Source: Minisyncoccota bacterium
GTDB lineage: Bacteria; Patescibacteriota; Minisyncoccia; Phycocordibacterales; XYD1-FULL-46-19
Length of the DNA: 64,000 nucleotides
Direction: 5' to 3'
NCBI GenBank assembly: GCA_041665625.1
Contig: JBAYIK010000001.1
Location: 196,341-260,340, forward strand
The notes below the pieces were generated by a model that searched no databases, was not told where the DNA came from, and saw nothing but the letters and a program-made list of their open reading frames with translations. The position numbers and the translations under genes were made by a program. This document shows positions 9,284-16,541 of the stretch, piece after piece. Position 1 is the first letter of the stretch, and each line of letters begins with the position of its first letter.

Positions 9284-9682
9284 CTAGCGATTGAGATAAG
9301 TAATCGTTAGCTGTAAGACTGTGGCAAAAGAGACCCAAAGAAGATACGGGATCTGGATATAAGTAATCCAGCGAGCATAAGGGAAAATAGCGGCCATGGC
9401 CCAGATGAGGGTGACTAAGACAAGAAGTATATCCGCTGAGGCCAAAAGATTATTCTTCAGACCAAACTGGATGGGAGTAAAAGCAAAATTAAAAACAAGA
9501 TTGAGCAAGAAAGGTAGTGCAATCAAGAGGCCAATCTTCCCTTGCCAAGCCATATAAAAAACTTTGCCAAAAGAGGCTGCAATTAAACAATAGAGAAATG
9601 TCCACACTGGGCCAAAGAGCCAAGCTGGCGGTGACCAAGTGGGTCTAATAATTGTTGAGTACCAATTGTAAGAATTATTCAT
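9284..9682 (-). CDS. tspO: TspO/MBR family tryptophan-rich sensory protein
   Basis: WY..L.RP.WSPPAWLFGPVWT.LY and PYLLWVSFAT motifs. Confidence 0.92.
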   Translation of the reverse strand: MNNSYNWYSTIIRPTWSPPAWLFGPVWTFLYCLIAASFGKVFYMAWQGKIGLLIALPFLLNLVFNFAFTPIQFGLKNNLLASADILLVLVTLIWAMAAIFPYARWITYIQIPYLLWVSFATVLQLTITYLNR

Positions 9683-9683
9683 A

Positions 9684-10052
9684 TTATCTTATTATACTCA
9701 AAATTTTATTCAGCCACAATTGTCGTGGGAGACGACGGAGTTCTTCTCTTATTTCCAAATGATTGGGAAAAGTTTGAGCCACCAAATTCCAAAAATTTGC
9801 CGAGTGATTGAACTCTCGCAAATGGCATAGCTCATGCACAATGATGTAGTCGGCGAGGTGTTCGGGGATTAAAGCAATTTTGTAATTAAAATTTAGATTA
9901 CCACGCGTTGAGCAACTCCCCCACCGCGTCTTCTGATTCCGAATACTAATACGCCTCACCGACACTTGATATATTGGGCTAAAATGTTCAATACGCCGCT
10001 TGGCCAAGGCTCGCGCTGCTTCACGATGTTTTAGATAGTGACTTTTCCGCAT
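9684..10052 (-). CDS. M48/YgjP-like (DUF45) zinc metallopeptidase domain protein
   Basis: RNQKTRWGSCS, DYIIVHELCHL, NHSANFW. Confidence 0.9.
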   Translation of the reverse strand: MRKSHYLKHREAARALAKRRIEHFSPIYQVSVRRISIRNQKTRWGSCSTRGNLNFNYKIALIPEHLADYIIVHELCHLREFNHSANFWNLVAQTFPNHLEIREELRRLPRQLWLNKILSIIR

Positions 10053-10085
10053 TTTTTATAATCTATTATAACATAGGTCACGGGC

Positions 10086-10114
10086 TTGCAATCTTTTGTA
10101 GGCTGTGTTACACT
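10086..10114 (+). promoter_or_regulatory. Sigma70-type promoter for candidate sRNA
   Basis: TTGCAA (10086-10091) -17- TACACT (10109-10114) with extended -10 TG. Confidence 0.7.
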
Positions 10115-10119
10115 ATGAG

Positions 10120-10359
10120 CAGGTCAAAAGCCTGGTCTTTATATCACTTATACCCGGAGTCGTGCAGTTCCCCCTCTACCCCCCCTCCATACTGCGCGAC
10201 TCCGGTCTTTCCTTTCACATTTCGATCCCCCTTCGGGACCGAACAGATACCTCCCCCTCCCCTAGACGCCGGCTGGGACTCGCTACCCTCCCCCTCCTTG
10301 GTCTTAGCCGGCCACAAATCCTCCGGATGGTGCACCCTGCGCCATCCGGTTTTTCTTTT
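10120..10359 (+). ncRNA. Candidate structured sRNA with C-rich, anti-SD-like loops
   Basis: Stems 10154-10168/10191-10205, 10221-10229/10235-10243, 10268-10279/10301-10312; terminator 10323-10349 plus U-tract; G-U wobbles favour + strand. Confidence 0.7.
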
Positions 10360-10380
10360 GTTTAATAAGTCCTTTCTTAT

Positions 10381-10665
10381 TTATTTGGCTTCGTCGTCAG
10401 AATTTTTCAAATCAGCCATCTGGATCGGACTCTGGATCTTGGGCGGAGTCATATCAATTGTTCCGAATTGCTTTTCATAATTAGCAATTTGATCGTTCAT
10501 CCATAAAGCAATGCTCTTCATAATTTGCGGAGTCGTGGCAAAAGAATCAAGGCTATTCCCTGAAGTTAGTGCAAAAGAAAACAAGTCTTTACCAAAGGCC
10601 CCCAGGGCCCCATCACAGAATTTCTTTGGTAGTTGATTAAAGTCTACTTGTTTGGGATCAATCAT
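10381..10665 (-). CDS. DUF3467-like hypothetical protein
   Basis: TPQIMKSIALWMNDQIANYEKQFGTI resembles the DUF3467 C-terminus. Confidence 0.65.
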   Translation of the reverse strand: MIDPKQVDFNQLPKKFCDGALGAFGKDLFSFALTSGNSLDSFATTPQIMKSIALWMNDQIANYEKQFGTIDMTPPKIQSPIQMADLKNSDDEAK

Positions 10666-10694
10666 AATTTTAAATAAATTAATTAATAAAAGGA

Positions 10695-11123
10695 TTATTT
10701 AACGACACAGTCAGTGTAAGTATTTTGATCTTGCTCTGTGATAAAAGCGGTGTCTCCCTTATTCCAAAAGACAAAGCTCTCATCCGCGCTCGCATAACGA
10801 GCGCCACTCGCCGAGATAGCTTGGGACAAAGTCATCTCTCGCCCATCACTCAACTTAAGATCAACAGCCGAGACTCCCCTTTGATAATTATGGAAAGTTG
10901 CTCCAATGCTCTTATTCCCCTCACAGACAAAGGTCGCGTTAATAACTTGCCCAGTTAAACCTTCGGATTGGACAATAGAATTAACAACCTTGGGGACCCA
11001 CGACCCACGCGTAAAGATTAAGACTAACCCGATGATAATAAGGATAAGGAGAACAATTCTAACAAGTTGAATCTTCCAACCTGAACGATAACCCCTACCC
11101 CACACATTCTTCTTTAGAATCAT
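10695..11123 (-). CDS. MliC family lysozyme inhibitor, membrane-anchored
   Basis: L.QAISASGARY, FWNKGDTAF, two Cys. Confidence 0.9.
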   Translation of the reverse strand: MILKKNVWGRGYRSGWKIQLVRIVLLILIIIGLVLIFTRGSWVPKVVNSIVQSEGLTGQVINATFVCEGNKSIGATFHNYQRGVSAVDLKLSDGREMTLSQAISASGARYASADESFVFWNKGDTAFITEQDQNTYTDCVVK

Positions 11124-11247
11124 GCCTATATTATATCATATAAATAACGACGCCGATTCAAGAAAAAGGTGACAAGAACCCCTAAATATGGCAGTAATTG
11201 AGCTGGAGAAGTTAACCCAACGTGCCCCAACTAAAGAGGAGAACCGA

Positions 11248-11652
11248 ATGTTCACCGACAACACCCTTGACGAGGTAGGAGAGATCAGAAAAGTCTTTCT
11301 TGCCGTTGCCGAGGAAAAACTTCCCGACAGCCCCCCAGACGGTTTTACCGTCCTGGGTAACATCGAGGACGCGAGGCTCCGAAGACTCTGGCTTCTCATG
11401 AAGTCCAAGGCCCAGCAAATGGAGAACTGGGTCAAACCCGACAGCGGGCAAAGAGGCTTCTCCGTCACGAGTGGAGAAATCTCCAAGCTCGATAAGGAGC
11501 TGGTCTTTATCCGCCAGTTGTTCTGGCTCGAGCTACAGATGCTCTTCCCGCAGCTCGACAGAATCATCCTGTGTCCATCCGCAATGATCAAAGGCTGGCA
11601 AGTCGCGATCAAATACCCCGAACGCGACCCAGTCGATGAACTGGCGACCTAA
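11248..11652 (+). CDS. GC-rich orphan protein, probable paralog of 8159..8518
   Basis: GAGGAG-6nt-ATG 11248; terminator at ~11670-11709. Confidence 0.75.
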   Translation: MFTDNTLDEVGEIRKVFLAVAEEKLPDSPPDGFTVLGNIEDARLRRLWLLMKSKAQQMENWVKPDSGQRGFSVTSGEISKLDKELVFIRQLFWLELQMLFPQLDRIILCPSAMIKGWQVAIKYPERDPVDELAT

Positions 11653-11746
11653 CCCCGGCCCACTGGCCATATAGCCGTTGCCCCACCCTGGGGCCACGGC
11701 TATGTTTTTATAAAAGCAGAAAACCGCAGGCGGGGCCTGCGGTCTT

Positions 11747-11980
11747 TTAAGACAAGCGCGGGGGGTTGAAGGACTCAACCTCGTTCATCTCAAGAGCGAG
11801 ATAGGCGAAGCGAGCCTTGAGTGCCCAGAGAGCCTCTTCAGATAAAGTCTGAGCCGGGAAAATGGAAAGAAAGTTCCGCTTCGCGATCAAACCGTTCTGC
11901 GCCCCAGTCAGACGACGACTCGTGGGGAAGATCCCCGTATCGTCATACCAGACGATCTCATGCGGTGTAGCCTGAATCGT
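11747..11980 (-). CDS. 77-aa orphan ORF with non-canonical ACG start (or start-loss pseudogene)
   Basis: AAGGAGG-7nt-ACG; open frame TIQATPHEIVWYDD...FNPPRLS; TTGACA at 12049-12044; hairpin 11723-11743. Confidence 0.55.
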   Translation of the reverse strand, partial: TIQATPHEIVWYDDTGIFPTSRRLTGAQNGLIAKRNFLSIFPAQTLSEEALWALKARFAYLALEMNEVESFNPPRLS

Positions 11981-12057
11981 CTGTGGTCCTCCTTCTCTTG
12001 TTTGTGAGCAAGCCTAAGTTAATTAGACTCTCTTAAATCTTGATGTCAATTATTTAT

Positions 12058-12456
12058 CTAGAAGACAATCTTGCTCGCGATAAAATAAGTTATGACGGAG
12101 ACAGAGGCAGCCAAGACCGCACCCCAGGCCAAATCAACAATTGTTACCAAGAGGGGCCAATCTTTAGTGAGCGCCAAATTAGTAAGATCATAAGTGGCAT
12201 AAGTGATAAGTCCGAAGAGTGCTCCCAAAAGTAATGCCGAGAGCCACGACCCCTTTTCCACCGCCGGGGTGATGACAAAAATAACTAAGCCAACAATGAA
12301 TAAGAGATAAAAGATAATTGCCGCCGCCCAATTGACGTTACTCTTCATTAAGAAGCCAATCTGAGCCCGATAGAAATCCTTGGCGACAAGCCCAACCCAG
12401 AGCATGTCGAGAGCAAAGAAAACTGGTAGAGCAATAGCATAAAGTTTTATAAACAT
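12058..12456 (-). CDS. DUF2177 family membrane protein
   Basis: LDMLWVG, AAIIFY, YATYDLTNLA, DLAWG motifs. Confidence 0.9.
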   Translation of the reverse strand: MFIKLYAIALPVFFALDMLWVGLVAKDFYRAQIGFLMKSNVNWAAAIIFYLLFIVGLVIFVITPAVEKGSWLSALLLGALFGLITYATYDLTNLALTKDWPLLVTIVDLAWGAVLAASVSVITYFIASKIVF

Positions 12457-12502
12457 ATTTATATTATACTCCCCCGTTTAGCCAGCGCCAATGAGATATC
12501 AA

Positions 12503-12532
12503 CATCCCAACAAACTCCAGTTTGTAAGGGTG
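12503..12532. repeat. Palindromic repeat A, copy 1 (core ACAAACT-CC-AGTTTGT)
   Basis: 21-bp core CCAACAAACTCCAGTTTGTAA identical to copies at 12874 and 15070. Confidence 0.85.
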
Positions 12533-12554
12533 TCATATAAAAAAATAAAAAAGC

Positions 12555-12842
12555 TTAAGATAACGAGCGGAAAGTCTTTAAAAAATCAACAAAAATTTTG
12601 CCATAAGGAGAGAGCTCATGCAAAACAAATTTGCCTTGATACTTCTTGTTAACCAAGCCGGCGACATTGAGTCGTCTCGTATGCTCCCCGATCGTCTTCT
12701 CGTTGGCCTTAATCAATTCAATAATCTCCTCGAGTGTAATCCGCGGGTGGGCAGCAATAGCCAGAAGAATCTCGATGCGATAGTGATTGGCCAAACCCTT
12801 CAGATGTCGCTCCATCTGTTTGGAAGTTTTGAACTTATTCAT
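12555..12842 (-). CDS. ArsR-like winged-helix DNA-binding protein
   Basis: LKGLANHYRIEILL, TIGEHTRRL..AGLV; TATAAT 6 nt before ATG 12842. Confidence 0.85.
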   Translation of the reverse strand: MNKFKTSKQMERHLKGLANHYRIEILLAIAAHPRITLEEIIELIKANEKTIGEHTRRLNVAGLVNKKYQGKFVLHELSPYGKIFVDFLKTFRSLS

Positions 12843-12873
12843 GTCAATATTATACACCAAAGCTGTTTCTTCT

Positions 12874-12903
12874 CATACCAACAAACTCCAGTTTGTAAGG
12901 ATG
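12874..12903. repeat. Palindromic repeat A, copy 2
   Basis: CATACCAACAAACTCCAGTTTGTAAGGATG, at the -35 region of the wHTH promoter. Confidence 0.85.
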
Positions 12904-12915
12904 TTTAAAATTTGG

Positions 12916-13419
12916 TTATTTATAGATGGCGATGAGTTGGCGGAGGATGAGTGATTGAGGGGTGATCTCGTGGCCAGAGAAATCAAACCAAACTCGCAAG
13001 AAATCTTCTCGTTTAATTTTTCTTTCTCCGCCAAGCTCCGGATCTTGAAGATAGATATAATCGTCATCCAGACCCGACACCACTGAGTAATGACCGTCGG
13101 GCACCTCCGAATCATCATAATCTTGTCGCCCCCGAGTGAACCAATTCACAATGACCGGTGTCCCCTTCTCGAGCCACTCCTCAATCTCCGCAAAACTGCT
13201 CTCAGTCTTAATCTCCGCCCTGAAGCCAAGAGACTCTGCCGCCCGGACGATATCTTTGTCGCTAACGCCAAGATCAGAGACCAGACCCGTCAGCTCGGCC
13301 AATTCTTTCTCCGTCTTCTCAACTCCATAATAATCCAAGACAATCTTAAGCGAAGCCGGCCCGCACATCCCCGCATGCAAGGTTTCTTGAAAAGGTTTAA
13401 TGGCTAGATGTTTGTTCAT
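12916..13419 (-). CDS. Stand-alone peptidase C39 family protein
   Basis: Q...MCGPASL, GHYSVV, LQDP. Confidence 0.88.
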   Translation of the reverse strand: MNKHLAIKPFQETLHAGMCGPASLKIVLDYYGVEKTEKELAELTGLVSDLGVSDKDIVRAAESLGFRAEIKTESSFAEIEEWLEKGTPVIVNWFTRGRQDYDDSEVPDGHYSVVSGLDDDYIYLQDPELGGERKIKREDFLRVWFDFSGHEITPQSLILRQLIAIYK

Positions 13420-13421
13420 TT

Positions 13422-13471
13422 TTTTCCCCGAAGTCGTATCTCGCGTAGCCAGATCCGACTTCTTAGCTTAA
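13422..13471. repeat. Hairpin repeat B, copy 1
   Basis: TTTTCCCCGAAGTCGTA...ATCCGACTTCTTAGCTTAA; ends shared with 16428-16541. Confidence 0.8.
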
Positions 13472-13864
13472 CATTTTATAATATTCGGGATAACTTTTCT
13501 TAATAAAATTCTTCCAACAAGCTGTCTCATTACCATGACCTAAATCTTTTTTCCCATAGACAAGAAGGACTCTTACAACCCCCTTGTCTTTATGAAGAGC
13601 GACAATGCACCGATTGCCAGAACCGTGTCTTGACTCTTGAGTTCCGGAAATTTTAAATTCTGTCTTACAAATAACGATATCTGCATCTTTATCTGTTATC
13701 GGCTCAGCAATACTCTTCAAAAATAGGGCGTCAATCTTCTCAAATTCCTCAGCGATAGTCCCAAGTGTAAAGTCCCAAGCTCCCTTATACTTCTTAGCAA
13801 AAGATTTTATAAAGTGCCTCTCCGCAAAAGGCTCGAAGATAACTCTATACTTAGTAAACCTCAT
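13463..13864 (-). CDS. Putative toxin (possibly RelE/ParE-like) paired with DUF4065 antitoxin
   Basis: 133-aa basic ORF overlapping the antitoxin stop; C-terminal RCIVA...VRVLLVYGKKD resembles RelE/HigB ends. Confidence 0.5.
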   Translation of the reverse strand: MRFTKYRVIFEPFAERHFIKSFAKKYKGAWDFTLGTIAEEFEKIDALFLKSIAEPITDKDADIVICKTEFKISGTQESRHGSGNRCIVALHKDKGVVRVLLVYGKKDLGHGNETACWKNFIKKSYPEYYKMLS

Positions 13865-14534
13865 GAGGATCTTCCTGTGTAATAAGAGCGTAAGAGACAA
13901 TTTCTTCATCATCAGCCATTAAATATGGCAGTTGGTTATGAGTAAAATTAACAATTTCGGCTGTTTTTTTATCTTTCCACTTTCTATGAATTTCTTTCAT
14001 TAAGTTTTCTTCCTCAGGCAAAATAGATTCTAACTTTTGTTTTTTATTACTATCTGACTCACTAATTATAATCATTTCTTTGCCATCAGCGTTCTTGCGG
14101 TCAACGATTATCTTTCCTTCTTCCTCAAGCTCATCAAGGGCTCGAAAATAAGAATCTGGAACTGGCCCATATTTAATTTTACGATACTGCATACCACTCA
14201 TGCTATTCAAATGACTATAAAACCAGGCAAAATCAGAGAGATAGACAAGTTTGGCCAATTTAGTCTTTTTAACACTTTTACCCAATCGGAGAAAAGACAG
14301 GATCATCTGCTTATATTTCTCGTAATTAGGAGACTCACCCTTCTCCATCTCTTCGAAAGGTATATTTAAAATGCCTGAGAGTTTTTCAAATTCACTCATA
14401 GACAGCTCTCTCTTCCCCTGTTCAATGGCAATATAAGAAGGACGAGAAAGACCCAATTTAGAGGCTAAGTCTAATTGGGAGAGACCTTTCTTAAGTCGAG
14501 AGGCTTTAATCAGCTTCGCGTACTTAGTAATCAT
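13851..14534 (-). CDS. XRE-HTH plus DUF4065 (SocA/Panacea) antitoxin
   Basis: LSQLDLASKLGLSRPSYIAIEQG; KTKLAKLVYLSDF, YGPVP, TH..PY motifs; start MITKY at 14534. Confidence 0.85.
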   Translation of the reverse strand: MITKYAKLIKASRLKKGLSQLDLASKLGLSRPSYIAIEQGKRELSMSEFEKLSGILNIPFEEMEKGESPNYEKYKQMILSFLRLGKSVKKTKLAKLVYLSDFAWFYSHLNSMSGMQYRKIKYGPVPDSYFRALDELEEEGKIIVDRKNADGKEMIIISESDSNKKQKLESILPEEENLMKEIHRKWKDKKTAEIVNFTHNQLPYLMADDEEIVSYALITQEDPHEVY

Positions 14535-14781
14535 ATACCAATAAGTATACATAAACGTGTAAATAATGCAAACATAGGTGTTGATAAGTTTGACATAAAA
14601 AATAAACGGAGTAAAATTTATAGAGGAGAGAGCCTTTTTGCGGAAATCCTCTCCCCTAAAACATAAATATCTTTTTTGCCCTTTGGGGTATTTCAACTAA
14701 ACTAATAAGTAAAAACTTTAACACTTTTATTTTACCAAATTTAGATTAATTAATAAACAAGGGTAACTAACCAAACATTCA

Positions 14782-14982
14782 ATGCCTTATTACACTCGTA
14801 ATACCGGCAAATCGTGGACACCAAAAGATGTGACGCAGTTAAAACAGCTCGTTCGTCAAAATACACCAACACGAGTCGCCGGATTCAAACTTGGCAGAAC
14901 TGAAGATGCGGTCAGAGCAGAGGCCAGTAAACTCTCCCTCAGCTTAAAGCCAACAAACCAGTCGCCGCACAATAGAAAGTAG
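14782..14982 (+). CDS. Small Myb/HTH-like conserved hypothetical protein
   Basis: RNTGKSWT..D...L, NTPTRV.G.KLGRTEDAVR, SLKPTNQSP; terminator at ~14998-15032. Confidence 0.75.
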   Translation: MPYYTRNTGKSWTPKDVTQLKQLVRQNTPTRVAGFKLGRTEDAVRAEASKLSLSLKPTNQSPHNRK

Positions 14983-15069
14983 ACCTTAAATTTGAAAAGA
15001 AAGAACGAGACCGCAACTCGTTCTTTCTATTTTTTTATCTATAATTTATGAGACTAACCTCAGTCTCCT

Positions 15070-15099
15070 CATCCCAACAAACTCCAGTTTGTAAAGATG
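15070..15099. repeat. Palindromic repeat A, copy 3
   Basis: CATCCCAACAAACTCCAGTTTGTAAAGATG. Confidence 0.85.
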
Positions 15100-15202
15100 T
15101 TTAGGCGTTTTTCTTTCTTCTCCCCTTTTCCCCGAAGTGAGTTTTAGTTGTTATGACACATTTTACCCTTGAGACGAGGCCTGACCTCGTTTCTCTAATA
15201 AA

Positions 15203-16342
15203 TTAATCTGCTATATCAATATCAGGGATATCTCCATAATACTGGAGTGCCCGAAGTATTGCCGGAAAAAGGGTGGAATCAGATACCGGATGCATGACAA
15301 AAGGAGGGAGAGCTTGCAAGTTCTGTCCAGAAGAAGCCTTCTCGTCAGCCTGGTAATGAAAAGAGAAATTAGTGAAATACAACGCATTCCAAGCAGAAGG
15401 ATTTTCTTTTGTAACATTTTTGGAATGAGAGGCATTTTTAAAGATATTTTTCACCCACGGTATCTTTTTAAAATCCCCTGATTCTTCATGTGGTACATTT
15501 ATATCAACAAAGACAAGAAAAGGCATCTTGCCACACTCTGTTTTTTTAAAGGCCTGGTTAAGGAGACGTTGGATACCTCCGCCATTAATTTTGGACCCAT
15601 TAACATCTCCTGGGGTATGAAGGATTCCAGGCCTGTGCCTACTTTTAGCTTCGACGGCGATTTCTACTCCTGACTCTTGATGTGTGGCAATAAATTCACA
15701 ATGTGGCTCTGAATGGTCTTCTTCATCTAGCCATCTTATATTAAAACCTAATCGCGCAATGATTGCAGCAATCATAATTTCGTATCTTGCCCCTTGATAT
15801 TCTAACGGCGTTTTAAGACGACCAAGAAGAAAGTCAGGTATTCTAGAAACATGTCTTAGTGTTGAAATATCAAAAGCAAGAGAAATTAAAGATTTAGTCC
15901 ACCCGTTTGGAGGAGCCTCTAATACGCCAGGGGTTTTATAATTAGGTTTAGCCAAGAGTTCTTTTTTCCATTCATCAAATTTCAAAAAACATTTCACAAT
16001 AAAATGTTGATCTTCCCACAACAGAGACTGTTGCTCATTAATCCATTCGAAACTCAAAGTATCTTTAAGAATAAATTGAATAAAATCATGAAAGGTCTCA
16101 TCAGAATTTTCGCTAAGATATACTTGATTACCAATTGCCCAGACTTTTTTCCCTTTGTGAATTACCGGGTTAACATAATTAATATAAATCCCTTTTTGCT
16201 TAAGAAGATTTTCTTTTTCTCGTATTTTTTTAAAATGTAAGAGTACTTCCATGGGAACAGGTGAGTTATCTTCATCCATATGACATTTTTTATATTTCTT
16301 ACCACTTCCACAGTGGCAAAGCTGGTTTCTTCCTAATTTCAT
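15203..16342 (-). CDS. SEC-C motif protein with probable PD-(D/E)XK-like domain
   Basis: GRNQLCHCGSGKKYKKCH; ARYE...CEFIA...AVEAKSR. Confidence 0.75.
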   Translation of the reverse strand: MKLGRNQLCHCGSGKKYKKCHMDEDNSPVPMEVLLHFKKIREKENLLKQKGIYINYVNPVIHKGKKVWAIGNQVYLSENSDETFHDFIQFILKDTLSFEWINEQQSLLWEDQHFIVKCFLKFDEWKKELLAKPNYKTPGVLEAPPNGWTKSLISLAFDISTLRHVSRIPDFLLGRLKTPLEYQGARYEIMIAAIIARLGFNIRWLDEEDHSEPHCEFIATHQESGVEIAVEAKSRHRPGILHTPGDVNGSKINGGGIQRLLNQAFKKTECGKMPFLVFVDINVPHEESGDFKKIPWVKNIFKNASHSKNVTKENPSAWNALYFTNFSFHYQADEKASSGQNLQALPPFVMHPVSDSTLFPAILRALQYYGDIPDIDIAD

Positions 16343-16427
16343 AATAATTTATTTTTTAATCATGTCCTCACAACACACCACGTTGTTCAACAGAATTGAA
16401 TCAATGGGAACGACCCCATTAATCCCC

Positions 16428-16541
16428 TTTTCCCCGAAGTCGTACTTCAAGCGCTTGCCCTGCGCCGTGCCGGCCATAGCTTTAGCGAAGACTAGAAGCT
16501 TCGGTGAAGTAGGGAGCTCGAAATCCGACTTCTTAGCTTAA
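16428..16541. repeat. Hairpin repeat B, copy 2, with enlarged nested loop
   Basis: Same 17-bp left and 19-bp right ends as 13422-13471. Confidence 0.8.

Noticed and set aside
10105-10480. ORFs 10105..10365 (+), 10115..10480 (+) and 10144..10335 (-)
   Set aside because: Low-complexity translations of a GC-rich structured segment; one overlaps a real antisense gene; the RNA interpretation fits better, though a leaderless ORF is not formally excluded
12503-15099. CRISPR array from the 30-bp palindromic repeats
   Set aside because: Spacers are 341 and 2166 bp and contain genes; no cas genes in the window
13422-16541. Canonical integron attC sites
   Set aside because: No RYYYAAC/GTTRRRY cores and no intI in the window; kept only as attC-like
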